From NCBI GenBank assembly GCA_035193785.1, contig CP136572.1:3828578-3892577 (forward strand): a stretch of DNA of 64,000 nucleotides, written 5' to 3'. This document shows positions 45,270-56,580 of this stretch, piece by piece. Both the position numbers and the translations under genes were made by a program. Under the pieces are notes generated by a model, which did not search any database, had not been told where the DNA came from, and saw nothing but the letters and a program-made list of their open reading frames with translations. The stretch's first letter is position 1. Each line of letters begins with the position of its first letter. This stretch comes from Planktothrix sp. GU0601_MAG3 (GTDB taxonomy: Bacteria > Cyanobacteriota > Cyanobacteriia > Cyanobacteriales > Microcoleaceae).

Positions 45270-45962
45270 CTATTTTGTTCTAAATATTCTCAAACCACCC
45301 CATGATTTTAAAGATTGATCTGAAAAAAATGATAATTTTATGAACAGAAAATACAGGTCGATCTGGAGATCGATTGGTGAGAAGGACAGGTTAAATGATT
45401 GGAAACCAAACCAATGATAAAAGTTAGCATCCCAATCCGCAGCCGGGACAAATTCAATAAACAAATCCATCAGAATTTGATTCACCACCTTAGCAATAAA
45501 TTGGTTGACTAACCAATTATAGGTTTTCTCAAAATCCCGATCCCACTCTAAATAAATCGCACCAACTAGGGCTTCAAACATTTCTGATAATATTTTTTGT
45601 TGTTCAAACTCCGGTTTTAAAGGATAGTTTTGTCCTAAATCACTCCCTTGATCTATCTTGATTTTTAACGCTAATTTTGCTAAGATTATTGGACTGACTA
45701 AATCACTTTTTAAAAGTGTCCGGGTTGCTTCCCCTAAATGGGAACAGTGCAGATGTAAATAATCACTTACGATCTGGCTAAACAAGTTAGAACCTAAATG
45801 AGTAATACCCCAATATTCTAAGGTTCTGAGTTTCCTTTCCTTGGGCGTTAAATCTAGGTTTTCTCCAATAGCATCAGGATGAGTTAGGGCAATCTCCAAT
45901 AACTCTTGATGAGTAAAGGAATTAATTCCAATTTGGGTTTTGATAAAGTTTGGATTAATCAT
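45270..45962 (-). CDS. Degenerate ribonuclease III-domain protein
   Basis: LLEIALTH, FEALVGAIYLE; first catalytic signature is eroded. Confidence 0.6.
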   Translation of the reverse strand: MINPNFIKTQIGINSFTHQELLEIALTHPDAIGENLDLTPKERKLRTLEYWGITHLGSNLFSQIVSDYLHLHCSHLGEATRTLLKSDLVSPIILAKLALKIKIDQGSDLGQNYPLKPEFEQQKILSEMFEALVGAIYLEWDRDFEKTYNWLVNQFIAKVVNQILMDLFIEFVPAADWDANFYHWFGFQSFNLSFSPIDLQIDLYFLFIKLSFFSDQSLKSWGGLRIFRTK

Positions 45963-46369
45963 GGTTGAAAAAGATTTTAAGGTTAAATTAAAAGGGGTCT
46001 ACAGGATTTTAAAAGGAGATTACGGAAAACCAGAGATCGGTTTTCCGATTGATAAAATAAGTTGAGAAATTGAAAATTTACAGAGAATCTCTGCTTGTAA
46101 CCTAATCGGTGAAAATTTATGCTTTGGTGGTCAAGTTGGCTTCGATCGCCATTGTTGCTGCAAGTCGTCATAGCGAGATGGGATTTTCCGTCTACCGACC
46201 AGCCCAAGTTTAATCTCACCCTGTTCTCGTACTTTACTACCTTTCCGGGTTAAGTAGTACGGAAGAAAACTTTACGATTTAAGCAGATATCACAAATTTT
46301 TGGGTCATCCCCCATAAAACAGGCATTTTCGGTCATTCTATGGGGGAACATCGGGAACTTGTCGTTTAA

Positions 46370-46724
46370 CTAAGCCAGGGAGTCTGGGAATGTAGAGCGT
46401 CCACAACAGCGTTCAATTCCTAAGCTATCTAATAACAAATCGCTGACCGCATTGGCGATTACAAATTCCCCAAAAAAACTTTTAGAAAAATCAAAAGATT
46501 CCATTTCCGTCACAATCGCCAACACCAAAGAAACCCACATCATTTTCCCCTTCCATCCGTTGACGAACATAAATTTGAGCGGCTCGCTGTGCAATAATTT
46601 CATTCACCGCCTCCGGGATAAATTGTTCATCCAACCAACGATTTAAGGTTTGTTTTAACCATTCCCCTTCCTGTGGTAAATTCTCACTGGGGGGTAAGGT
46701 GATGGGTGCAATGGGTTCATTCAT
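46370..46724 (-). CDS. Conserved cyanobacterial hypothetical protein (frameshifted)
   Basis: WLDEQFIPE...YVRQRMEGEND joined to FDFSKSFFGEFVIANAVSDLL. Confidence 0.7.
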
Positions 46725-46862
46725 AAGTTTATTAAGGATTTTTCAATTTTATTTAACCTGTTTTTATGCTGTTTTTAAAAGTGGGAGCGGGGGTTTTTGT
46801 TAATTTTTCCGTGATTAGGATAGATTGGAGAAACCCCCTCCCTACAAATATACACTCGGGTT

Positions 46863-47282
46863 CTAGTCTTGAACCAGGGTAATAATCGGAGAATCATTAC
46901 CCTTATATTCTTCTGATATTTTGGTTTTAATTAATTCAGCAAATAACCGATTAATTGAGGATTCAATGGAATTAGCTTCTTTTTTAAAACAAACCTGAAA
47001 ACTCTTGGCTTTGTCGTAGGTCTTGGTTTCTCTCCTATAGGTTTTTTGGGTTTTTGCCTCTACAAAAACTGAAGGATCGGGACGTTTATACCAATATAAT
47101 TGATAGGAATGGGTGGAATCATTGCCTTTGAATTTTATAATATCGTCTCCATATCCGGGGATAGTGAGATAATATAATTCTCCCCTTTGATAGACTTGGA
47201 GATAACCCCAGGTTTTCTCGGTTTTGTTGAGAAGTTTTGTTAAGGTACTCTCTAACATAAAAGATAAGTTAAGGTTTAGCAT
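46863..47282 (-). CDS. Hypothetical protein
   Basis: Open frame of ~139 aa, no recognised motif. Confidence 0.5.
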   Translation of the reverse strand: MLNLNLSFMLESTLTKLLNKTEKTWGYLQVYQRGELYYLTIPGYGDDIIKFKGNDSTHSYQLYWYKRPDPSVFVEAKTQKTYRRETKTYDKAKSFQVCFKKEANSIESSINRLFAELIKTKISEEYKGNDSPIITLVQD

Positions 47283-47337
47283 AGATGAGACAATACTCCT
47301 TAGTATATTAACCAAAGTATAGCAAAGTTTGTCACCT

Positions 47338-47916
47338 ATGCAATATGATGTCACCGCAATTATTCAAGGGTATGCAGCAGGATACTTTTTGATGGCAAAT
47401 GACGGGGAACACAGCTTGGAATGGTATTCTAGTCGAGAACGGGCAATAATTCCCTTAGATGAACGATTTCGCTATCCGAGTTCTTTACAACGGGTTTTGA
47501 ATCAAAATCGGTTTACCGTCGCCATTAATCGAGATTTTACTGGCGTTGTAGAAGGCTGTGCAAATCGAGAAGAAACTTGGATTTCCTCAGAATTAAAAGA
47601 AATTTATCATGCCTTAAATAAGGCTGGATTTGCCTATAGTTTTGAAACTTGGCAAGGAGATCAATTAGCTGGTGGCATATTAGGAATTGTCATTGGTGGA
47701 GCTTTTATTGGGGAATCAATGTTTTTTAGAATCCCCGATGCTTCTAAAGTGGCAATGGTTAAGTTAGTTGAACGGTTAAGAGAGAAAAAGTTTATTTTAT
47801 TTGATGCCCAAATGGATAATCCTCACCTGGAAAGATTTGGCTCTTGTGTTATTAAAAACAAAGAGTATAAAATCCTCTTAAAAAAAGCAATTAATCAACC
47901 CTGTTCTCTCAAGTAG
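47338..47916 (+). CDS. aat: Leucyl/phenylalanyl-tRNA-protein transferase
   Basis: ETWI, AYSFETW, GAFIGESMF, DASKVA, DAQMDNPHL. Confidence 0.92.
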   Translation: MQYDVTAIIQGYAAGYFLMANDGEHSLEWYSSRERAIIPLDERFRYPSSLQRVLNQNRFTVAINRDFTGVVEGCANREETWISSELKEIYHALNKAGFAYSFETWQGDQLAGGILGIVIGGAFIGESMFFRIPDASKVAMVKLVERLREKKFILFDAQMDNPHLERFGSCVIKNKEYKILLKKAINQPCSLK

Positions 47917-47947
47917 TGAGCCCTTCAGGGCTCAATCCAATCGGTAT

Positions 47948-48577
47948 TTAAAATTCTATCCCCGGTTGAGCCTTAATACCTTGTTCTCGAAAAGGATGTT
48001 TAATTAAAGACATTTCGGTAACAAGATCCGCTTGTTCAATTAAAGCCTGGGGAGCACCTCGACCCGTTAGAATAATATGGGTATCCTCGGCTTTTTCTGC
48101 AATTCCCGCGAGAACATCTTCAACGGATAAATAACCCAGTTTAATGGCGATATTAACTTCATCAAGTAAAATTAATTTAAACTCAGAATTTCTAATAAAA
48201 GTTAGGGCTAAATTCCACGCTTCCCGGGTTTTTTCTATATCTCGATCACGGTCTTGGGTTTCCCAAGTAAAGCCCTCTCCTAACGCATGAAATTCCAATT
48301 GTTCCGGCCATTTACTAAAAACCGCCTTTTCTGCGGGTTCCCAGGCGCCCTTAATAAACTGAATAATAGCCACCCGATATCCATGACCCAAAGAACGTAA
48401 AACCATCCCTAAAGCGGCGGTAGTTTTTCCCTTTCCGTTTCCAGTATTAACAATAATTAATCCTTTAGTTTGGCTGCGTTCAGCTACTCGTTGATCCTGA
48501 ATTTCTTTGCGCCGTTGCATTTTTAAACGGTGTTGTTCGGCGGTGAGCGTTGGTTCGGTCATTGTGTTATTTTCCAT
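47948..48577 (-). CDS. cobO: Cob(I)yrinic acid a,c-diamide adenosyltransferase
   Basis: TGNGKGKTTAA, QFIKG, ILTGR, KHPF..GIEF. Confidence 0.94.
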   Translation of the reverse strand: MENNTMTEPTLTAEQHRLKMQRRKEIQDQRVAERSQTKGLIIVNTGNGKGKTTAALGMVLRSLGHGYRVAIIQFIKGAWEPAEKAVFSKWPEQLEFHALGEGFTWETQDRDRDIEKTREAWNLALTFIRNSEFKLILLDEVNIAIKLGYLSVEDVLAGIAEKAEDTHIILTGRGAPQALIEQADLVTEMSLIKHPFREQGIKAQPGIEF

Positions 48578-48621
48578 GATGATGATTTGATTAGTTTTGA
48601 TTAAAATACTAAAAGTTAAAG

Positions 48622-49048
48622 CTATTGATAATTGATGACTGTTAAAAATTCATCAACGGTTAAAATCGGACAAGAAAAATTATCTGCAAGACAGAGCAAA
48701 TCATTATCACCTGTCACCAAATAATCAGCTTCACCCACAACAGCTAATAGCAAAAAAGGGATATCAAATGGATCTCGACATTCAGGAAACTATAGGCAAA
48801 ATATCGGGTATCAACACAGTGTCACAAAACGGCAAATAGTCTGACAATAAAGCCTCCTGCTCTGAGTTTGTGAGCTTGAACTTTGGGTAAGTAAGTACCC
48901 GAACTAACTCCGCAATTGTAACCTGAGAAACTAAAGGAATAAATTGATTATCCTGCCACCCAAGACGCAACCTGGATAATTTACCCCCAAATACTAAGGA
49001 TGATAATACTAAATTTGTATCAATGACCACTCGCGGACACTCAATCAT
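48622..49048 (-). CDS. PIN-domain toxin (frameshifted near 48785)
   Basis: VVIDTNLVLS, ELVRVLTYPKF, CRDPFD, YLVTGDNDLL. Confidence 0.87.
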
Positions 49049-49266
49049 CACCCACGCGCCCACTTGACAGCATCATTAATATCCTGTTCATTCAGATTCA
49101 AAGTCGCCAATTTAGCCCGCACAACATCAGCCCCTTGAATTTTTACTGGAGTCAGAATAATTTGTCCACCCTCTACCTTAACCTCAAAATACTCAGCCTC
49201 CCCAATAGCTTGAGTTATACTTTTAGGTAGAGTAAGCTGATTTTCAGTCGTCAACTTAGCCAGCAT
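49048..49266 (-). CDS. AbrB/MazE-family antitoxin
   Basis: MLAKLTTENQLTLPK..GQIILTP; overlaps the PIN start. Confidence 0.85.
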   Translation of the reverse strand: MLAKLTTENQLTLPKSITQAIGEAEYFEVKVEGGQIILTPVKIQGADVVRAKLATLNLNEQDINDAVKWARG

Positions 49267-49355
49267 AGCAGTATTCTTAAATGTCTATTATTTATTATCT
49301 ATTATTCAGACCAAATTGTCAATTATGTACACCATCAAAAATCAGTTTATGATAA

Positions 49356-50804
49356 TTAACGAGAAGATTTACACCGATCGCAATGACCACATCCTGAAAA
49401 CTGATTTTCTAAGTTAAATCCAAAAGATTGTAATAAAAACTTCCACCGACAGTCACGGGTTTTTAAGTATTGATTCATTTGTTGAATAGCTTTAATATTT
49501 TGATCTTGATGCAATTTTGTAGGTTTAGATATAATTTCATAATCAAAGGGATTTCGCCAGATTAATTTTCCTTGGGCGTGTAAAATAGAAAGGGCGATCG
49601 CACTATTTTTAAATTGTTCAGATAGGGTTTCTATATTTCCCGTTGCTGGGAGTTTTTTAATTAATTGATTTGCCGATTGATATTGTTTTTCTAGGTTTTC
49701 AATTAAATATTTTTGTCGTTGTTTATCTTCAGGATAGAAAAAACCCGTAGGTTCGCTAATAATAGTTAAGGCGATCGCCGGTTTACCATCTCTCCCCGCC
49801 CGCCCCACTTCTTGAATATATTCAGACAATAAAAAAGGAGCCTGAAAATGACATACCCATCTCACATTACTCTTATTAATTCCCATGCCAAAGGCACTAC
49901 TACAAACCACAAATTTAATCTTTTCCTGTAACCAATCTTTTTCGATTTTTCGGCGTTCTTCTGAACTCAACCCAGCGTGATAAGCAACAGTTGAATATTT
50001 TTCTGTTTGCAACCATTGGGCTAATTGTTCGCAGTCTTTCCGAGTTCTCGCATAAATCAAACCTGTTTGATGTTTTCTAGGTTGAATAAATTGGATTAAC
50101 TGTTGTTGTCTTCCCCTAGGAGTCCAAACTATTTTAATATTTAATTCTAAATTAGATCGATAGGGACTCAGGAGAAATTGCTGAGGTTTTTGTAGTTGTA
50201 AAACCCTTTTAATAGTTACTTGAGCATCGGGATCGGCGGTGGCGGTAAAGGCTGCGATCGCAATTTTTGTCCCTGGGGGTTTAAGTTTTAATAATGTTGA
50301 ACGAATTGCCCCTAACCTTCGATAAGCAGGGCGAAAGGTATCCCCCCATTGTACTAAACAGTGGGCTTCATCTAAGATTAAACCATTGATTTTAACCGTA
50401 GGTTGAGAAATCACATTCCAAACGGGAGAACTTAATAGGGTTTCGGGGGAAAGATAGAGGAGTCTTAATTGATTTTTTTCAACTAAACCTAAAGTTTTTC
50501 GTCGTTGTTGGGGCATTAATTGACTATGAATTAAGGCGGCAGGAAGGCGCAGATCTTGAAGTTCTTGAACCTGATTTTCCATTAATGCCACCAGGGGAGA
50601 TATAATTAAAGTTAATCCAGTTTGTAATAGTGCTGGCAGTTGAAAACAGATAGATTTTCCCCCTCCCGTCGGCATGACAATTAAGGCATCTTTTTTATCT
50701 AATAAGCTCTTAATAATTTCCCCTTGGGGCGGTCGAAAATCATCATAACCCCAAATTTTCTTAAAAGATGCCTTAACCTGTTGCCAGTCTGTAGATGCTT
50801 CCAT
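49356..50804 (-). CDS. recQ: RecQ-family helicase
   Basis: PTGGGKS, DEAHC, QEVGRAGRDG, CGHCDRC. Confidence 0.93.
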   Translation of the reverse strand: MEASTDWQQVKASFKKIWGYDDFRPPQGEIIKSLLDKKDALIVMPTGGGKSICFQLPALLQTGLTLIISPLVALMENQVQELQDLRLPAALIHSQLMPQQRRKTLGLVEKNQLRLLYLSPETLLSSPVWNVISQPTVKINGLILDEAHCLVQWGDTFRPAYRRLGAIRSTLLKLKPPGTKIAIAAFTATADPDAQVTIKRVLQLQKPQQFLLSPYRSNLELNIKIVWTPRGRQQQLIQFIQPRKHQTGLIYARTRKDCEQLAQWLQTEKYSTVAYHAGLSSEERRKIEKDWLQEKIKFVVCSSAFGMGINKSNVRWVCHFQAPFLLSEYIQEVGRAGRDGKPAIALTIISEPTGFFYPEDKQRQKYLIENLEKQYQSANQLIKKLPATGNIETLSEQFKNSAIALSILHAQGKLIWRNPFDYEIISKPTKLHQDQNIKAIQQMNQYLKTRDCRWKFLLQSFGFNLENQFSGCGHCDRCKSSR

Positions 50805-51096
50805 ATTGCATTTCCAAATTTGACACAATTAACCGAGTTTGTTGTTGCGCTTTAGCGCAAAAGCCTGGGGCTAGATCATCAACAACGTTTTATAAATGTA
50901 AATAATTACGAACACCTAACTATCAGGATATCATATTTTAACTTAATATTATAAAAGTTCAAGCGACTTTTTCACAAACCTTTATAATAAAACATAGTGA
51001 TTTTCGGTCGCAAAAACCTATATTAGAGTCAGTGTCCGCCGTTTGATGGTAAACTGTATAAATTGTGCGATCGCTGCGCTTACAAACCCTGAAATT

Positions 51097-51490
51097 ATGG
51101 ATATTATTGAGATTATCAAACAAGATTATCAACAATTTCCCGATAATCAAAGCTATAATATTTATGCTGATAATGTTTATTTTGCCGACCCGATGAATAA
51201 ATTTAATGGGTTAAAACGTTATCAACAAATGATTGGATTTATAAAAACATGGTTTTTAGATATTCAACTGGATTTACATACTATCACTCAAACCGATAAC
51301 TTAATCCAAACCCGTTGGACGCTAAGTTGGACAACTCCCCTCCCCTGGAAACCCAGAATTTCTATCCCAGGACGGAGTGAAACTCCAACTTAACGCCAAT
51401 AACCTGATTGAAAGCCATATCGACTATTGGGACTGTTCGCGCTTGGATGTGGTGAAACAGTTATTCTTGATGAAAAACCGCTACAGTTAA
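51097..51490 (+). CDS. DUF2358 (SnoaL/NTF2-like) protein (frameshifted)
   Basis: IYADNVYFADP..F.G, PLPWKP, SHIDYW. Confidence 0.8.
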
Positions 51491-51522
51491 ATAATGTAAA
51501 CAAATTTTAATCTTAAAACCGT

Positions 51523-52710
51523 ATGCGCGTAATTCTAATGACGGGTAAAGGTGGCGTGGGGAAAACCTCCGTTGCGGCGGCGACAGGCTTACGCTGTGCG
51601 GAGTTGGGACATAAAACCCTAGTATTGAGTACCGACCCCGCCCACTCCCTCGCCGATAGTTTTGATCTCCCCTTGGGACACGAGCCCCGTCTAGTGCGAC
51701 CGAACCTTTGGGGGGCAGAATTGGACGCCCTGATGGAATTGGAAGGGAACTGGGGGGCGGTGAAACGCTATATTAGTCAGGTATTACAGGCGCGAGGACT
51801 GGATGGAATTCAAGCGGAAGAATTAGCCATTTTACCCGGAATGGACGAAATTTTTGGTCTGGTGCGGATGAAGCGCCATTATGATGACGGGGATTTTGAT
51901 GTCTTAATTATTGATTCTGCGCCGACGGGAACAGCCTTGAGACTGTTAAGTTTACCCGAAGTGGGGGGTTGGTATATGAGAAAATTTTATAAACCGTTAC
52001 AGGGAATGTCGGTGGCGTTGCGTCCTCTATTTGAGCCGATTTTTAGACCTTTGACCGGGTTTTCTTTACCCGATAAAGAAGTCATGGATGCACCTTATGA
52101 ATTCTATGAAAAAATTGAAGCCTTAGAAAAGGTTTTAACCGATAATATGCAAACCTCGGTACGTTTAGTTACCAACCCAGAAAAAATGGTAATTAAGGAA
52201 TCTTTACGCGCCCATGCCTATTTAAGTTTGTATAATGTTTCTACGGATTTAGTTATTTCTAATCGGATTATTCCCGAAGAAGTGACCGATCCTTTTTTCC
52301 AAAAATGGAAAGACAATCAAAAACAATATCGTCAAGAAATCCACGATAATTTTAGACCATTACCTGTTAAGGAAGTGCCGTTATTTTCTGAGGAGTTATG
52401 TGGGTTTGAAGCTCTGGAAAGATTGAAAGAAGTGCTCTATAAGGATGAAGATCCTAGTCAAGTTTACTATAAGGAAAATACACTTCGAGTCGTAGTAGAC
52501 AATAATGAATATACGTTGGAATTGTATTTACCTGGGATTCCTAAAGAACAAGTTCAACTGAATAAAACTGGGGATGAATTGAATATCAGAATTGGTAATC
52601 ATCGCCGGAATTTAGTGTTACCCCAAGCCTTAGCCATGTTGCAACCTTCAGGAGCAAAAATGGAAGATGACTATTTGAAAATTAAGTTTGCTAATGGGGT
52701 GAAGGTGTAA
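51523..52710 (+). CDS. ArsA/GET3-family ATPase with HSP20-like C-terminus
   Basis: [22 protein letters not shown]. Confidence 0.93.
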   Translation: MRVILMTGKGGVGKTSVAAATGLRCAELGHKTLVLSTDPAHSLADSFDLPLGHEPRLVRPNLWGAELDALMELEGNWGAVKRYISQVLQARGLDGIQAEELAILPGMDEIFGLVRMKRHYDDGDFDVLIIDSAPTGTALRLLSLPEVGGWYMRKFYKPLQGMSVALRPLFEPIFRPLTGFSLPDKEVMDAPYEFYEKIEALEKVLTDNMQTSVRLVTNPEKMVIKESLRAHAYLSLYNVSTDLVISNRIIPEEVTDPFFQKWKDNQKQYRQEIHDNFRPLPVKEVPLFSEELCGFEALERLKEVLYKDEDPSQVYYKENTLRVVVDNNEYTLELYLPGIPKEQVQLNKTGDELNIRIGNHRRNLVLPQALAMLQPSGAKMEDDYLKIKFANGVKV

Positions 52711-52787
52711 GTTTTACCCAACCTGAGAAACCGGGTTTCTCAAAGAAACCTGGTTTCCAGAATATAATTAATAAAAGATTATGAATT

Positions 52788-54033
52788 ATGAAAATCAGAC
52801 ATTTGCAAATCGAATCTTTTCGAGGTATTCAGAATTTAGACCTGGATTTTGAAACGGATTCACCTACTGTTTTGATTGGGATTAATGGTTTCTGGAAAGT
52901 CGAGTATTCTTGAATGTTTATCAATTCTGCTATCCTGGTTTACAGCCCGAATTCAAAACCCCCAAAGTTCAGGACGTTCGTTGCAAGAAACTGATATTAA
53001 AAATGACCAAAGACAAACTCAGAATACTATTACTGTGGATTTCTGTAATTCACAGAATGTTAATTGGTCTGTTGTTGGTGTGAGGAAGGGATATAGTAGA
53101 GATATTAGTAGTTCATTTGTAGAGCTAAAACAAGTTATTGATCAAATTCATAGTTCAGTAGAAGGGGAGAATTTATCATTACCTGTCGTTGTTTACTATC
53201 CCACAAATCGGGCTGTTCTTGATATTCCTTTAAGAATTAGAAATAAACATTCTTTTGCACAAATTGAAGCCTACGAAGAAGCATTAACCGGAGGACAAAT
53301 TGATTTTAGACGCTTTTTTGAATGGTTTCGAGATCGGGAAGATTTGGAAAATGAACGACGTCTTAATGATCATCCCAGTTATAGAGATCATCAACTAGAA
53401 GCAGTCAGAAAAGCTTATGAAGTTTTTATGAATGGGTTTTCTAATTTACGAGTACAGCGTTTACCCTTACGCATGACTTTACAGAAAAAGGGTGAAGAAC
53501 TAATTATTAATCAACTTTCTGATGGGGAAAAATGTTTATTAGCTTTGGTCAGTGATTTAGCCAGACGTTTAGCGATCGCTAATCCTAATTTATCAGAACC
53601 TTTACGGGGAAAAGGAGTGATTCTTATTGATGAAATAGAGCTTCATCTTCACCCAAAATGGCAACAAAATATTATTCCAGCTTTAACCCAAACCTTCCCA
53701 AATTGTCAGTTTATTGTTTCCACACATTCACCTTTAGTAATTAGTCATGTTGACTGGGTTCATTTATTGTGTTTTCAAGAAAATGATATAATTGTAGAAC
53801 GGTTAAGATCCTACGGAAAAGACAGTAACCGAATTCTGGAAACCTTGATGGATTCTTCAGAACGTCCCGTTGAGATTCAAGAAGATTTTCTGGAATTATT
53901 TCGTCTTATTGATGGTGATAGATTGGAAGAAGCAAAAAAATCACTTCAACAACTGCGGGATAAACTGGGAGAAGAAGATCCTAAATTTGTTAGGGCTGAG
54001 GGCTTAATTCGACGCAAAGAACTTCTCAAATAA
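52788..54033 (+). CDS. ABC/AAA ATPase, PtuA-like (frameshift near 52890)
   Basis: MKIRHLQIESFRG, GINGSGKS, LSDGE, LIDEIELHLHPKWQ, STHSP. Confidence 0.85.
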
Positions 54034-54675
54034 TGAAACATATTAAAAAATCGGAAGAAACCTCAAGAATTAACCGACTGGAAACAGCAACAAAAGTCTA
54101 TTGGTGTTAACTGTGATTATCAGAGTTTTCCCAATCCACAAAAGAGATTAGTCCGTTTGGCTTTACTTCGTGAACAGGGATATATTTGCTGTTACTGTTG
54201 TCAGAAGATAGAGAGAGAAAATAGCCATATTGAGCATTTTTTACCCCAAAGTAAAACCGATGCAGAATTATCTGTAACCTACTCTAATCTCTTAGCCTCC
54301 TGTGGTAGTGACCAACATTGGCCGAAACATTGTGGTAATCAAAGGAAAAATAATCCGCTTCCCGTGTCACCCCTAGAAACTAACTGTGAAGACTATTTTA
54401 GATATACGGTTGAGGGTGAAATTATTCCTACTAATAATTTAGAATTAAAAGACGCAGCCAAACAAACAATTGATATTCTTAATCTCAATAATTATGACCT
54501 AAAAAGAATGCGAAGTGAAGCAATTCAGGCATTAGGTATAGGAGAAGAACTTACTAAGGAGGAAGCTCAAAAACTGGCTAACTTTTATAGTCAATTAGAC
54601 GAACAGGAACGTTATCAACCTTTTTGTGTTGCTATTTTGTACTCTTTGAAAGCCTATTTTGGGATCGAATTATAA
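54033..54675 (+). CDS. HNH endonuclease, PtuB/TIGR02646-like (frameshift near 54060)
   Basis: EQGYICCYC, HIEHFLP, YSNLLASC, HCG; start overlaps the ATPase stop (TAATG). Confidence 0.85.
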
Positions 54676-54738
54676 TAAAAAAATAATCTATTTTTGATAT
54701 TGATCAGGTGCGGGCGCGATCGCTTACGCACCCTACTT

Positions 54739-55551
54739 TTATATTTTTTTATTGATAAAATCATTAACAAATGGTTGAAATACTGATAATAATTCAGCTT
54801 GACTGATAACTAATGTAGGATAGGATTGGGTTCCATAATTTCGGCCAATTTCTAGGGGAAAGGGTTCGGTCGAGAGGGGACACCAAACCGCGCCCGCCGC
54901 TTTAACAATTACCCAACTTCCGGCGATATCCCAAATTTTAGGAGTCGCTTCTACTCCCCCTAATGTTGCACCGACAGCCACCGTGAGAAAATTATAAGCC
55001 GCCATCCCTAACATCCGAATTTTACAAGGAATTTGGGGAGCGATCGCAATACTTCGAGAACATAAATTAAAGAAGTGATTAGAACTCAAAGTATCATAAC
55101 TAGCATGGATCGGTTGACCGTTTAAAAAAGCCCCTTCTGGGCCAGTTAACCCCGATGCACCATACCAAAACCCATGAAAAGTTTGGTTTAAAGGCGGTAA
55201 ATGGATTAAACCAAATACGGGAGTTCCTTGATAGAGTAATCCTAGAGAAATCCCCCAAATCGGAATCCCTCTGGCAAAATTAGTTGTACCATCTAAAGGA
55301 TCAATCACCCAACACCAGTCCGTATTGGGAAAAATATGTTCCGCTTCCTCACTGATCACCCCATGATCAGGAAAAGTATTAGCGATGCGGGTGCGAATTT
55401 CCTGATCAGCCCACTGGTCAGACTGGGTAACTAAACTACCATCAGCTTTTTCCGAGGCTTGGACTGTGCCAAAATCGAGGATTAACTGTTTCCCAACATC
55501 AGTGGTGGTTGTGGCTGCAAAATTAAAAATTTGATCCCAAAAATTAGTCAT
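54739..55551 (-). CDS. Inositol monophosphatase family protein
   Basis: WVIDPLDGTTNF, WDIAG. Confidence 0.92.
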   Translation of the reverse strand: MTNFWDQIFNFAATTTTDVGKQLILDFGTVQASEKADGSLVTQSDQWADQEIRTRIANTFPDHGVISEEAEHIFPNTDWCWVIDPLDGTTNFARGIPIWGISLGLLYQGTPVFGLIHLPPLNQTFHGFWYGASGLTGPEGAFLNGQPIHASYDTLSSNHFFNLCSRSIAIAPQIPCKIRMLGMAAYNFLTVAVGATLGGVEATPKIWDIAGSWVIVKAAGAVWCPLSTEPFPLEIGRNYGTQSYPTLVISQAELLSVFQPFVNDFINKKI

Positions 55552-55615
55552 TATTCCCTAAAGTAATGGCAAAATTAAAAACAATCCCGGTAAAATCTAT
55601 CCAGTTAAACCGCTT

Positions 55616-55948
55616 ATGCTGCTGAAATCAACAACTCGCCATATTCATATTTACACGGCGGAAATTAAAGATGAGGAGTTAGTGCACAATGAACAAGTAT
55701 TGACCTTGGATATTGATCCCGATAACGAATTTAACTGGAACGATCAGGCTGTGCAACAAGTTTATCGCAAATTTGATCAGTTAGTCGAAGCCTTCAGTGG
55801 CGAAGACCTGACCGAATATAATTTACGTCGGATCGGATCGGATTTAGAGCATTTAGTGCGATCGCTGATCCAAAAAGGTGAAATTAGCTATAACCTCGAA
55901 TGTCGGGCGGTGAACTATAGCATGGGATTACCCCGAGTCGGCAGTTAG
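55616..55948 (+). CDS. ndhM: NDH-1 subunit M
   Basis: LKSTTRH, LTLDIDPDNEF, LTEYNLRRIGSDLE, NYSMGLP. Confidence 0.93.
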   Translation: MLLKSTTRHIHIYTAEIKDEELVHNEQVLTLDIDPDNEFNWNDQAVQQVYRKFDQLVEAFSGEDLTEYNLRRIGSDLEHLVRSLIQKGEISYNLECRAVNYSMGLPRVGS

Positions 55949-56047
55949 TAAAATTATAACCATGAAAGAGCCTGTACCCAATGTATACAGACCCTTTCAT
56001 GGCAAGTTTGTAGATTCCCTAAACCTTATGATTGCCCTAAAATCAGC

Positions 56048-56308
56048 CTACTCATCCGGTGCTGGGGATGGCTTTTTCGATCGCTGACGCTGCAAAAATT
56101 GTTTCATGGAAAGTTGACGGTTACTCATAAATCGATTCCAAGAACCTGGAAAAAACTGATCCATGGTTTCAATTAAAGCCCAAACCTCTAAATTAATCAT
56201 CTGGTAATAGTGACCGTGAGACTTTTTAAGTTGGGTCAGGCGTTCATTAATTTCCAAATAAGGTAATAATTTAGGGTCATCGGAGGGGTTAGGGGGAGAA
56301 TCACTCAT
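56048..56308 (-). CDS. Hypothetical protein
   Basis: Coherent 86-aa ORF. Confidence 0.6.
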   Translation of the reverse strand: MSDSPPNPSDDPKLLPYLEINERLTQLKKSHGHYYQMINLEVWALIETMDQFFPGSWNRFMSNRQLSMKQFLQRQRSKKPSPAPDE

Positions 56309-56580
56309 GCTGTAAGTATCCTTGCCCAGAGCCAAGAAAAATTAACAACAAATGGTCAAGCAGATAGTGATGCTCAAAGGCTACAATAGTTCAGATTACC
56401 TGATCTTGATTGCCAATTGCTGCTAATTTTTAGGGTGAGTTATCAAAATTGGGCACCGATTAGACATCCATTGTGGTTCTGGTGTTATCACCTCCGGCCC
56501 ATGGGGTAGATAATAACTGTAAACCATCCTAATTTTAGAAGATCACTTTTGAGTGACAACGCCAGGCGTAAGGAACCCAA

